A DNA stretch of 64,000 bases from Eledone cirrhosa (lineage: Eukaryota). Below are positions 1 to 14,100 of this stretch, piece after piece (positions within the stretch are counted from its first letter, which is position 1; each line of letters opens with the position of its first letter). The stretch is taken from the NCBI GenBank assembly GCA_964016885.1, contig OZ024741.1, positions 258,478,001 to 258,542,000 of the forward strand. Direction: 5' to 3'. Below the pieces are notes generated by a model. The model ran no database searches, was not told the origin of the DNA, and saw nothing but the letters and a program-made list of their open reading frames with translations. The position numbers and the translations under genes are program-made.

Positions 1-3000
1 TCGACTTACGAGTATTTTTGGCTTACGAGTGTTTCGACTTACGAGTGTTTTGACTTACGAGTGTTCTGATTTACGAATGTTTCGACATACGAGTGTTTTG
101 ACTTACGATGTTTCGACTTACGAGTGTTTCGACTTACGAGTGTTTCGACTTACGGGTGTTTCGACTTACGGGTGTTTCGACTTACGAGTGTTTTGACTTA
201 CGAGTGTTCTGATTTACGAATGTTTCGACATACGAATGTTTCGACTTACGGGTGTTCCGGCTTACGAGTGTTTCGACTTACGAGTGTTCTGACTTACGAG
301 TGTTCTGACTTACGAGTGTTCCGGCTTACGAGTTTTTCGACTTACGAGTGTTTCGACTTACGAGTGTTTCTACTTACGAGTGTTTCGGCTTACGAGTGGT
401 TTGACTTACGAGTGTTCTGACTACGAGTGTTCTGACTTACGAGTGTTCTGACTTACGAGTGTTCCGGCTTACGAGTTTTTCGACTTACGAGTGTTTCGAC
501 TTACGAGTGTTTCGACTTACGAGTGTTTCGACTTGCGAGTGTTTCGACTACGGGTGTTTCGACTTACGAATGTTTTGACTTACGGATGTTTTGACTTACG
601 GGTGTTTCGGCTTACGAGTGTTTCGACTTACGAGTGTTCTGACTTACGAGTGTTCTGACTTACGAGTGTTCTGACTTACGAGTGTTCCGACTTACGAGTG
701 TTTCGGCTTTCGAGTGTTTCGACTTACGAGTGTTTCGGGTTACGAGTGTTTCGACATACGAATGTTTTCGCTTACGAGTGTTTCCGCTTAGGAGTGTTTC
801 GACTTACGAGTGTTTCGACTTACGAGTGTTTTGACTTACGGTTTTTCGGCTTGCGAGTGTTTCGACATACGAGTGTTTTGACTTACGGGCATTTCGACTT
901 ACGGGTGTTTCGACTTACGAGTGTTTCGACTTACGAGTGTTCTGACTTACGAGTGTTCTGACTTGCGAGTGTTCCGACTTACGAGTGCTTGGGCTTACGA
1001 GTGTTTCGACATACGAGTGTTTTGACTTACGGATGTTTCAACTTACGGGTGTTTCGACTTACGAGTGTTTCGACTTACGAGTGTTCTGACTACGAGTGTT
1101 CTGACTTACGGGTGCTCTGACTTACGAGTGTTTCGACTTACGAGTGTTTCGACTTACGAGTGTTTCGGCTTACGAGTGTTTCGACTTACGAGTGTTTTGA
1201 CTTACGAATGTTTTGCCTTACGGGTGTTCCGGTTTACGAGTGTTTCGACTTACGAGTATTCTGACTTACGAGTGTTCCGACTTACGGGTGTTTCGACTTA
1301 CGAGTGTTTCGACTTACGAGTGTTCCGACCTATGAGGGTTTCGGCTTACTGGTGTTCCGACTTACGAGTATTTTCGGCTGACGAGTGTTTCGAGTTACGA
1401 GTGTTTTGACTTACGATTGTTTCGGCCTACGAGTGTTTCGGCTTACGAGTGTTTTGATTTACGAGTGTTTTGACTTACGGGTGTTTCGACTTACGCGTGT
1501 TTCGACTTACGAGTGTTTCGACTTACGAGTGTTCCGACTTACGAGTGTTTCGGCTATGAGTGTTTTGACTTACGGGTGTTTCGACTTACGGGTGTTTCGA
1601 CTTACGAGTGTTTCGACTTACGTGTGTTTCCGCTTACGAGTGTTTCGGCTTACGAGTGTTTCGAATTACGAGTGTTTTGGCTTACGAATGTTTTGACTTA
1701 CGGGTGTTTCGGTGTACGAGTGTTTCGACTTAAGGATGTTTCGACTTACGAGTGTTTCGACTTACGAGTGTTTCGACTTACGAGTGTTCTGACTTACGAG
1801 TGTTACGAGTTACGAGTGTTCCGACTTACGAGTGTTTCGGCTTACGAGTGTTTCGGCTTACGAGTGTTTCGGCTTACGAGTGTTTTGACTTACGAGTGTT
1901 CTGACTACGAGTGTTCTGACTTACGGGTGTTCTGACTTACGAGTGTTCCGACTTACGAGTGTTTCGGCTAATGAGTGTTTCGACTTACGGGCGTTTCGAC
2001 TTACGGGTGTTTCGACTTACGAGTGTTTTGACTTACGAGTGTTCTGACTTACGAGTGTTCTGACTTACGAGAGTTCCGACTTACGACTGTTTCGACTTAC
2101 GAGTGTTTTGACTTACGAGTGTTCCGACTTACGAGTGTTTCGGCTTATGGGTGTTTTGACGTACGAGTATTTTTGGCTTACGTGTGTTTCTACTTACGAG
2201 TGTTTTGAATTACGATTGTTTCGGCTTACGAGTGTTTCGACTTACGAGTATTTCGACTTACGAGTTTTTTTACTTACGGTGTTTCGGCTTACGAGTGTTT
2301 CGACTTATGAGTGTTCTGATTTACGGATGTTTCGACATACGAGTGTTTTGACTCACGGTGTTTCGACTTACGAGTGTTTCGACTTACGAGTGTTTCGACT
2401 TACGGGTGTTTCGACTTACGAGTGTTTCGACTTACGAGTGTTACGACTTACGGGTGTTCTGACTTACGAGTGTTTCGACTTACGAGTGTTCTGACTTACG
2501 GGTGTTTCGACTTACGAGTGTTTCGACTTACGAATGTTTTGACTTACGGGTGTTTCGGCTTACGAGTGGTTTGACTTACGAGTGTTCTGACTACGAGTGT
2601 TCTGTCTTACGAGTGTTTCGACTTACGAGTGTTTCGGCTTATGAGTGTTTCGACTTACGAGTGTTTCGGCTTACGAGTCTTTCGACTTACGAGTGTTTCG
2701 ACTTACGGGTGTTTCGACTTACGAGTGTTTCGACTACGAATGTTTCGACTTACGAGTGTTTCGGCTTACGAGTGTTTCGACTTATGGGTGTTTCGACTTA
2801 CAAGTGTTTTTACTTACGGTGTTTCGGCTTACGAGTGTTTCGACATACGAGTGTTTTGACTTACGGGTGTTTCGACTTACGAGTGTTTCGACTTACGAAT
2901 GTTTTGACTTACGGGTGTTTCGGCTTACGAGTGTTTCGATTTATGAGTGTTTCGGCTTACGAGTGTTTCGACTTACTAATGTTTTTACTTACGAGTGTTT

Positions 3001-4870
3001 CGGCGTACGAGAGTTTTGACTTACGAGTGTTTCTACTTACGAGTGTTTCGACTTACGAGTGTTTTGACTTACGAATGTTTCGACTTACTAATGTTTTTAC
3101 TTACGAGTGTTTCGGCGTACGAGTGTTTCGACTTACGAGTGTTTCGACTTACGGGTGTTTTGACTTACGGGTGTTTCGGCTTACGAGTGTTTCGACTTAC
3201 GAGTGTTTTGACTTAAGGGTGTTTCGACTTACGAGTATTTTTGGCTTACGAGTGTTTCGACTTACGAGTGTTTTGACTTACGAGTGTTCTAATTTACGGA
3301 TGTTTCGACATACGAGTGTTTTGACTTACGAGTGTTTCGACTTATGAGTGTTTCGACTTACGAGTGTTTCGGCTTACGAGTGGTTTGACTTACGAGTGTT
3401 CTGACTACGAGTGTTTTGACTTACGAGTGTTTCGGCTTATGAGTGTTTCGACTTACGAGTGTTTCGGCTTATGAGTGTTTCGACTTACGAGTGTTTCGGT
3501 TTACGAGTGTTTCGACTTACGAGTGTTTTTACTTAAGGGTGTTTCGACTTACGAGTATTTTTGGCTTACGAGTGTTTCGACTTACGAGTGTTTTGACTTA
3601 CGAGTGTTCTGATTTACGAATGTTTCGACATACGAGTGTTTTGACTTACGATGTTTCGACTTACGAGTGTTTCGACTTACGAGTGTTTCGACTTACGGGT
3701 GTTTCGACTTACGAGTGTTTCGACTTACGAATGTTTCGACTTACGTGTGTTCCGGCTTACGAGTGTTTCGACTTACGAGTGTACTGACTTACGAGTGTTC
3801 TGACTTACGAGTGTTCCGGCTTACGAGTTTTTCGACTTACGAGTGTTTCGACTTACGAGTGTTTCGACTTACGAGTGTTTCGACTTGCGAGTGTTTAGAC
3901 TACGGGTGTTTCGACTTACGAATGTTTTGACTTACGGATGTTTTGACTTACGGGTGTTTCGGCTTACGAGTGTTTCGACTTACGAGTGTTCTGACTTACG
4001 AGTGTTCTGACTTACGAGTGTTCTGACTTACGAGTGTTCCGACTTACGAGTGTTTCGGCTTTCGAGTGTTTCGACTTACGAGTGTTTCGGGTTACGAGTG
4101 TTTCGACTTACGAATGTTTTCGCTTACGAGTGTTTCGACTTACGAGTGTTTCGACTTACGAGTGTTTTGACTTACGGTTTTTCGGCTTGCGAGTGTTTCG
4201 ACATACGAGTGTTTTGACTTACGGGCGTTTCGACTTACGGGTGTTTCGACTTACGAGTGTTTCGACTTACGAGTGTTCTGACTTACGAGTGTTCTGACTT
4301 GCGAGTGTTCCGACTTACGAGTGCTTCGGCTTACGAGTGTTTCGACATACGAGGGTTTTGACTTACGGATGTTTCAACTTACGTCTGTTTCGACTTACGA
4401 GTGTTTCGACTTACGAGTGTTCTGACTACGAGTGTTCTGACTTACGGGTGCTCTGACTTACGAGTGTTTCGACTTACGAGTGTTTCGACTTACGAGTGTT
4501 TCGGCTTACGAGTGTTTCGACTTACGAGTGTTTTGACTTACGAATGTTTTGCCTTACGGGTGTTCCGGTTTACGAGTGTTTCGACTTACGAGTATTCTGA
4601 CTTACGAGTGTTCCGACTTACGGGTGTTTCGACTTACGAGTGTTTCGACTTACGAGTGTTCCGACCTATGAGGGTTTTGGCTTACTGGTGTTCCGACTTA
4701 CGAGTATTTTCGGCTGACGAGTGTTTCGAGTTACGAGTGTTTTGACTTACGATTGTTTCGGCTTACGAGTGTTTCGGCTTACGAGTGTTTTGATTTACGA
4801 GTGTTTTGACTTACGGGTGTTTCGACTTACGCGTGTTTCGACTTACGAGTGTTTCGACTTACGAGTGTTT
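1..4870. repeat. Older segmental duplication in the left part of satellite A (~1-1530 copied at ~3544-4870, offset ~3.3-3.5 kb)
   Basis: ORF pairs 698/4034, 1065/4401 and 1385/4721 are offset by 3336. Rare variants (CCGACCTATGAGGG, GGCTTACTGG, TTTTCGGCTGACGAG) are shared, with several differences between copies. Confidence 0.85.
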
Positions 4871-5139
4871 CGGCTTATGAGTGTTTCGAATTACGAGTGT
4901 TTTGACTTGCGGGTATTTTGACATACGAGTGTTTCGGTACGAGTGTTCTGACTTACGAGTGTTCTGACTTACGAGTGTTCTGACTTACGAGTGTTCTGAC
5001 TAACGGGTGTTCTGACTTACGAGTGTTCCGACTTACGAGTGTTTCGGCTATGAGTGTTTTGACTTACGGGTGTTTCGACTTACGGGTGTTTCGTCTTACG
5101 AGTGTTTCGACTTACGTGTGTTTCCGCTTACGAGTGTTT

Positions 5140-8100
5140 CGGCTTACGAGTGTTTCGACTTACGAGTATTTCGACTTACGAGTTTTTTTACTTACGGTGT
5201 TTCGGCTTACGAGTGTTTCGACTTATGAGTGTTCTGATTTACGGATGTTTCGACATACGAGTGTTTTGACTTACGGTGTTTCGACTTACGAGTGTTTCGA
5301 CTTACGAGTGTTTCGACTTACGGGTGTTTCGACTTACGAGTGTTTCGACTTACGAGTGTTACGACTTACGGGTGTTTCGGCTTACGAGTGTTTCGACTTA
5401 CGAGTGTTCTGACTTACGAGTGTTCTGACTTACGAGTGTTCCGGCTTACGAGTTTTTCGACTTACGAGTGTTTCGACTTACGAGTGTTTCGGCTTACAAG
5501 TGTTTCGGCTTACGAGTGGTTTGACTTACGAGTGTTCTGACTACGAGTGTTCTGTCTTACGAGTGTTTCGACTTACGAGTGTTTCGGCTTATGAGTGTTT
5601 CGACTTACGAGTGTTTCGGCTTACGAGTGTTTCGACTTACGAGTGTTTCGACTTACGGGTGTTTCGACTTACGAGTGTTTGGACTACGAATGTTTCGACT
5701 TACGAGTGTTTCGGCTTACGAGTGTTTCGACTTATGGGTGTTTCGACTTACGAGTGTTTTTACTTACGGTGTTTCGGCTTACGAGTGTTTCGACATACGA
5801 GTGTTTTGACTTACGGGTGTTTCGACTTACGAGTGTTTCGACTTACGAATGTTTTGACTTACGGGTGTTTCGGCTTACGAGTGTTTCGATTTATGAGTGT
5901 TTCGGCTTACGAGTGTTTCGACTTACTAATGTTTTTACTTACGAGTGTTTCGGCGTACGAGAGTTTTGACTTACGAGTGTTTCTACTTACGAGTGTTTCG
6001 ACTTACGAGTGTTTTGACTTACGAATCTTTTGACTTACGGGTGTTTCGGCTTAGGAGTGTTTCGACTTACGAGTCTTTCGGCTTACGAGTGTTTCGACTT
6101 ACTAATGTTTTTACTTACGAGTGTTTCGGCGTACGAGTGTTTCGACTTACGAGTGTTTCGACTTACGGGTGTTTTGACTTACGGGTGTTTCGGCTTACGA
6201 GTGTTTCGACTTACGAGTGTTTTGACTTAAGGGTGTTTCGACTTACGAGAATTTTTGGCTTACGAGTGTTTCGACTTACGAGTGTTTTGACTTACGAGTG
6301 TTCTAATTTACGGATGTTTCGACATACGAGTGTTTTGACTTACGAGTGTTTCGACTTATGAGTGTTTCGACTTACGAGTGTTTCGGCTTACGAGTGGTTT
6401 GACTTATGAGTGTTTCGACTTACGAGTGTTTCGGTTTACGAGTGTTTCGACTTACGAGTGTTTCGACTTACGGGTGTTTCGACTTACGAGTGTTTCGACT
6501 ACGAGTTTTCGACTTACGAGTGTTTCGGCTTACGAGTGTTTCGACATACGGGTGTTTCGACTTACGATGTTTCGGCTTACGAGTGTTTCGACTTACGAGT
6601 GTTCTGACTTACGGGTGTTTCGACTTACGGGTGTTTCGACTTAAGAGTGTTTCGACTTACGAGCGCTTCGACTTACGAGTGTTCTGACTTACGAGTGTTC
6701 CGACTTACGAGTGTTTCGGCTTACGAGTGTTTCGACTTACGAGTGTTCCGGCTTACGCGTGTTTCGACTTACGAGTGTTTCGGCTTATGAGTGTTTCGAC
6801 TTACGAGTGTTTCGGCTTACGAGTGTTTCGACTTACGAGTGTTTCGGCTTACGAGAGTTTCGACTTACGAATGTTTTGGCTTACGAGTGTTTCGGCTTAC
6901 GAGTGTTTCGACTTACGGGTGTTTCGACTTACGGGTGTTCCGACTTAAGAGTGATTCGACTTACGAGCGCTTCGACTTACGAGTGTTCCGACTTACGAGT
7001 GTTTCTGCTTACGAGTGTTTCGACTTACGAATGTTTCGACTTACGAGTGTTTCGGCTTACGAGTGTTTCGACTTACTAATGTTTTTACTTACGAGTGTTT
7101 CGGCGTACGAGTGTTTCGACTTACGAGTGTATCGGCTTACGAGTGTTTCGACTTACGAGTGTTTTTACTTAAGGGTGTTTCGACTTACGAGTATTTTTGG
7201 CTTACGAGTGTTTCGACTTACGAGTGTTTTGACTTACGAGTGTTCTGATTTACGAATGTTTCGACATACGAGTGTTTTGACTTACGATGTTTCGACTTAC
7301 GAGTGTTTCGACTTACGAGTGTTTCGACTTACGGGTGTTTCGACTTACGAGTGTTTCGACTTACGAATGTTTCGACTTACGGGTGTTTCGGCTTACGAGT
7401 GTTTCGACTTACGAGTGTTCTGACTTACGAGTGTTCTGACTTACGAGTGTTCCGGCTTACGAGTTTTTCGACTTACGAGTGTTTCGACTTACGAGTGTTT
7501 CGACTTACGGGTGTTTCGGCTTACGAGTGGTTTGACTTACGAGTGTTCTGACTACGAGTGTTCTGACTTACGAGTGTTTCGGCTTATGAGTGTTTCGACT
7601 TACGAGTGTTTCGGTTTATGAGTGTTTCGACTTACGAGTGTTTCGGCTTACGAGTGTTTCGACTTACGGTGTTTCGGCTTACGAGTGTTTCGACTTACGA
7701 GTGTTTCGACTACGAATGTTTCGACTTACGAGTGATTTGACTTACGAGTGTTCTGACTACGAGTGTTCTGACTTACGGGTGTTCTGACTTACGAGTGTTC
7801 CGACTTACGAGTGTTTCGGCTAATGAGTGTTTCGACTTACGGGCGTTTCGACTTACGGGTGTTTCGATTTACGAGTGTTTTGACTTACGAGTGTTCTGAC
7901 TTACGAGTGTTCTGACTTACGAGAGTTCCGACTTACGACTGTTTCGACTTACGAGTGTTTTGACTTACGAGTGTTCCGACTTACGAGTGTTTCGGCTTAT
8001 GGGTGTTTTGACGTACGAGTATTTTTGGATAACGAGTGTTTCTACTTACGAGTGTTTTGAATTACGATTGTTTCGGCTTACGAGTGTTTCGACTTACGAG

Positions 8101-11100
8101 TATTTCGACTTACGAGTTTTTTTACTTACGGTGTTTCGGCTTACGAGTGTTTCGACTTATGAGTGTTCTGATTTACGGATGTTTCGACATACGAGTGTTT
8201 TGACTTACGGTGTTTCGACTTACGAGTGTTTCGACTTACGAGCGTTTCGACTTACGGGTGTTTCGACTTACGAGTGTTTCGACTTACGAGTGTTACGACT
8301 TACGGGTGTTTCGGCTTACGAGTGTTTCGACTTACGAGTGTTCTGACTTACGAGTGTTCTGACTTACGAGTGTTCCGGCTTACGAGTTTTTCGACTTACG
8401 AGTGTTTCGACTTACGAGTGTTTCGGCTTACAAGTGTTTCGGCTTACGAGTGGTTTGACTTACGAGTGTTCTGAATACGAGTGTTCTGTCTTACGAGTGT
8501 TTCGACTTACGAGTGTTTCGGCTTATGAGTGTTTCGACTTACGAGTGTTTCGGCTTACGAGTCTTTCGACTTACGAGTGTTTCGACTTACGGGTGTTTCG
8601 ACTTACGAGTGTTTCGACTACGAATGTTTCGACTTACGAGTGCTTCGGCTTACGAGTGTTTCGACTTATGGGTGTTTCGACTTACGAGTGTTTTTACTTA
8701 CGGTGTTTCGGCTTACGAGTGTTTCGACATACGAGTGTTTTGACTTACGGGTGTTTCGACTTACGAGTGTTTCGACTTACGAATGTTTTGACTTACGGGT
8801 GTTTCGGCTTACGAGTGTTTCGATTTATGAGTGTTTCGGCTTACGAGTGTTTCGACTTACTAATGTTTTTACTTACGAGTGTTTCGGCGTACGAGAGTTT
8901 TGACTTACGAGTGTTTCTACTTACGAGTGTTTCGACTTACGAGTGTTTTGACTTACGAATGTTTTGACTTACGGGTGTTTCGGCTTACGAGTGTTTCGAC
9001 TTACGAGTCTTTCGGCTTACGAGTGTTTCGACTTACTAATGTTTTTACTTACGAGTGTTTCGGCGTACGAGTGTTTCGACTTACGAGTGTTTCGACTTAC
9101 GGGTGTTTTGACTTACGGGTGTTTCGGCTTACGAGTGTTTCGACTTACGAGTGTTTTGACTTAAGGGTGTTTCGACTTACGAGAATTTTTGGCTTACGAG
9201 TGTTTCGACTTACGAGTGTTTTGACTTACGAGTGTTCTAATTTACGGATGTTTCGACATACGAGTGTTTTGACTTACGAGTGTTTCGACTTATGAGTGTT
9301 TCGACTTACGAGTGTTTCGGCTTACGAGTGGTTTGACTTATGAGTGTTTCGACTTACGAGTGTTTCGGTTTACGAGTGTTTCGACTTACGAGTGTTTCGA
9401 CTTACGGGTGTTTCGACTTACGAGTGTTTCGACTACGAGTTTTCGACTTACGAGTGTTTCGGCTTACGAGTGTTTCGACATACGGGTGTTTCGACTTACG
9501 ATGTTTCGGCTTACGAGTGTTTCGACTTACGAGTGTTCTGACTTACGGGTGTTTCGACTTACGGGTGTTTCGACTTAAGAGTGTTTCGACTTACGAGCGC
9601 TTCGACTTACGAGTGTTCTGACTTACGAGTGTTCCGACTTACGAGTGTTTCGGCTTACGAGTGTTTCGACTTACGAGTGTTCCGGCTTACGCGTGTTTCG
9701 ACTTACGAGTGTTTCGGCTTATGAGTGTTTCGACTTACGAGTGTTTCGGCTTACGAGTGTTTCGACTTACGAGTGTTTCGGCTTACGAGAGTTTCGACTT
9801 ACGAATGTTTTGGCTTACGAGTGTTTCGGCTTACGAGTGTTTCGACTTACGGGTGTTTCGACTTACGGGTGTTCCGACTTAAGAGTGATTCGACTTACGA
9901 GCGCTTCGACTTACGAGTGTTCCGACTTACGAGTGTTTCTGCTTACGAGTGTTTCGACTTACGAATGTTTCGACTTACGAGTGTTTCGGCTTACGAGTGT
10001 TTCGACTTACTAATGTTTTTACTTACGAGTGTTTCGGCGTACGAGTGTTTCGACTTACGAGTGTATCGGCTTACGAGTGTTTCGACTTACGAGTGTTTTT
10101 ACTTAAGGGTGTTTCGACTTACGAGTATTTTTGGCTTACGAGTGTTTCGACTTACGAGTGTTTTGACTTACGAGTGTTCTGATTTACGAATGTTTCGACA
10201 TACGAGTGTTTTGACTTACGATGTTTCGACTTACGAGTGTTTCGACTTACGAGTGTTTCGACTTACGGGTGTTTCGACTTACGAGTGTTTCGACTTACGA
10301 ATGTTTCGACTTACGGGTGTTTCGGCTTACGAGTGTTTCGACTTACGAGTGTTCTGACTTACGAGTGTTCTGACTTACGAGTGTTCCGGCTTACGAGTTT
10401 TTCGACTTACGAGTGTTTCGACTTACGAGTGTTTCGACTTACGAGTGTTTCGGCTTACGAGTGGTTTGACTTACGAGTGTTCTGACTACGAGTGTTCTGA
10501 CTTACGAGTGTTTCGGCTTATGAGTGTTTCGACTTACGAGTGTTTCGGTTTATGAGTGTTTCGACTTACGAGTGTTTCGGCTTACGAGTGTTTCGACTTA
10601 CGGTGTTTCGGTTTACGAGTGTTTCGACTTACGAGTGTTTCGACTACGAATGTTTCGACTTACGAGTGATTTGACTTACGAGTGTTCTGACTACGAGTGT
10701 TCTGACTTACGGGTGTTCTGACTTACGAGTGTTCCGACTTACGAGTGTTTCGGCTAATGAGTGTTTCGACTTACGGGCGTTTCGACTTACGGGTGTTTCG
10801 ATTTACGAGTGTTTTGACTTACGAGTGTTCTGACTTACGAGTGTTCTGACTTACGAGAGTTCCGACTTACGACTGTTTCGACTTACGAGTGTTTTGACTT
10901 ACGAGTGTTCCGACTTACGAGTGTTTCGGCTTATGGGTGTTTTGACGTACGAGTATTTTTGGATAACGAGTGTTTCTACTTACGAGTGTTTTGAATTACG
11001 ATTGTTTCGGCTTACGAGTGTTTCGACTTACGAGTATTTCGACTTACGAGTTTTTTTACTTACGGTGTTTCGGCTTACGAGTGTTTCGACTTATGAGTGT

Positions 11101-14100
11101 TCTGATTTACGGATGTTTCGACATACGAGTGTTTTGACTTACGGTGTTTCGACTTACGAGTGTTTCGACTTACGAGCGTTTCGACTTACGGGTGTTTCGA
11201 CTTACGAGTGTTTCGACTTACGAGTGTTACGACTTACGGGTGTTTCGGCTTACGAGTGTTTCGACTTACGAGTGTTCTGACTTACGAGTGTTCTGACTTA
11301 CGAGTGTTCCGGCTTACGAGTTTTTCGACTTACGAGTGTTTCGACTTACGAGTGTTTCGGCTTACAAGTGTTTCGGCTTACGAGTGGTTTGACTTACGAG
11401 TGTTCTGAATACGAGTGTTCTGTCTTACGAGTGTTTCGACTTACGAGTGTTTCGGCTTATGAGTGTTTCGACTTACGAGTGTTTCGGCTTACGAGTCTTT
11501 CGACTTACGAGTGTTTCGACTTACGGGTGTTTCGACTTACGAGTGTTTCGACTACGAATGTTTCGACTTACGAGTGCTTCGGCTTACGAGTGTTTCGACT
11601 TATGGGTGTTTCGACTTACGAGTGTTTTTACTTACGGTGTTTCGGCTTACGAGTGTTTCGACATACGAGTGTTTTGACTTACGGGTGTTTCGACTTACGA
11701 GTGTTTCGACTTACGAATGTTTTGACTTACGGGTGTTTCGGCTTACGAGTGTTTCGATTTATGAGTGTTTCGGCTTACGAGTGTTTCGACTTACTAATGT
11801 TTTTACTTACGAGTGTTTCGGCGTACGAGAGTTTTGACTTACGAGTGTTTCTACTTACGAGTGTTTCGACTTACGAGTGTTTTGACTTACGAATGTTTTG
11901 ACTTACGGGTGTTTCGGCTTACGAGTGTTTCGACTTACGAGTCTTTCGGCTTACGAGTGTTTCGACTTACTAATGTTTTTACTTACGAGTGTTTCGGCGT
12001 ACGAGTGTTTCGACTTACGAGTGTTTCGACTTACGGGTGTTTTGACTTACGGGTGTTTCGGCTTACGAGTGTTTCGACTTACGAGTGTTTTGACTTAAGG
12101 GTGTTTCGACTTACGAGAATTTTTGGCTTACGAGTGTTTCGACTTACGAGTGTTTTGACTTACGAGTGTTCTAATTTACGGATGTTTCGACATACGAGTG
12201 TTTTGACTTACGAGTGTTTCGACTTATGAGTGTTTCGACTTACGAGTGTTTCGGCTTACGAGTGGTTTGACTTATGAGTGTTTCGACTTACGAGTGTTTC
12301 GGTTTACGAGTGTTTCGACTTACGAGTGTTTCGACTTACGGGTGTTTCGACTTACGAGTGTTTCGACTACGAGTTTTCGACTTACGAGTGTTTCGGCTTA
12401 CGAGTGTTTCGACATACGGGTGTTTCGACTTACGATGTTTCGGCTTACGAGTGTTTCGACTTACGAGTGTTCTGACTTACGGGTGTTTCGACTTACGGGT
12501 GTTTCGACTTAAGAGTGTTTCGACTTACGAGCGCTTCGACTTACGAGTGTTCTGACTTACGAGTGTTCCGACTTACGAGTGTTTCGGCTTACGAGTGTTT
12601 CGACTTACGAGTGTTCCGGCTTACGCGTGTTTCGACTTACGAGTGTTTCGGCTTATGAGTGTTTCGACTTACGAGTGTTTCGGCTTACGAGTGTTTCGAC
12701 TTACGAGTGTTTCGGCTTACGAGAGTTTCGACTTACGAATGTTTTGGCTTACGAGTGTTTCGGCTTACGAGTGTTTCGACTTACGGGTGTTTCGACTTAC
12801 GGGTGTTCCGACTTAAGAGTGATTCGACTTACGAGCGCTTCGACTTACGAGTGTTCCGACTTACGAGTGTTTCTGCTTACGAGTGTTTCGACTTACGAAT
12901 GTTTCGACTTACGAGTGTTTCGGCTTACGAGTGTTTCGACTTACTAATGTTTTTACTTACGAGTGTTTCGGCGTACGAGTGTTTCGACTTACGAGTGTAT
13001 CGGCTTACGAGTGTTTCGACTTACGAGTGTTTTTACTTAAGGGTGTTTCGACTTACGAGTATTTTTGGCTTACGAGTGTTTCGACTTACGAGTGTTTTGA
13101 CTTACGAGTGTTCTGATTTACGAATGTTTCGACATACGAGTGTTTTGACTTACGATGTTTCGACTTACGAGTGTTTCGACTTACGAGTGTTTCGACTTAC
13201 GGGTGTTTCGACTTACGAGTGTTTCGACTTACGAATGTTTCGACTTACGGGTGTTTCGGCTTACGAGTGTTTCGACTTACGAGTGTTCTGACTTACGAGT
13301 GTTCTGACTTACGAGTGTTCCGGCTTACGAGTTTTTCGACTTACGAGTGTTTCGACTTACGAGTGTTTCGACTTACGAGTGTTTCGGCTTACGAGTGGTT
13401 TGACTTACGAGTGTTCTGACTACGAGTGTTCTGACTTACGAGTGTTTCGGCTTATGAGTGTTTCGACTTACGAGTGTTTCGGTTTATGAGTGTTTCGACT
13501 TACGAGTGTTTCGGCTTACGAGTGTTTCGACTTACGGTGTTTCGGCTTACGAGTGTTTCGACTTACGAGTGTTTCGACTACGAATGTTTCGACTTACGAG
13601 TGATTTGACTTACGAGTGTTCTGACTACGAGTGTTCTGACTTACGGGTGTTCTGACTTACGAGTGTTCCGACTTACGAGTGTTTCGGCTAATGAGTGTTT
13701 CGACTTACGGGCGTTTCGACTTACGGGTGTTTCGATTTACGAGTGTTTTGACTTACGAGTGTTCTGACTTACGAGTGTTCTGACTTACGAGAGTTCCGAC
13801 TTACGACTGTTTCGACTTACGAGTGTTTTGACTTACGAGTGTTCCGACTTACGAGTGTTTCGGCTTATGGGTGTTTTGACGTACGAGTATTTTTGGATAA
13901 CGAGTGTTTCTACTTACGAGTGTTTTGAATTACGATTGTTTCGGCTTACGAGTGTTTCGACTTACGAGTATTTCGACTTACGAGTTTTTTTACTTACGGT
14001 GTTTCGGCTTACGAGTGTTTCGACTTATGAGTGTTCTGATTTACGGATGTTTCGACATACGAGTGTTTTGACTTACGGTGTTTCGACTTACGAGTGTTTC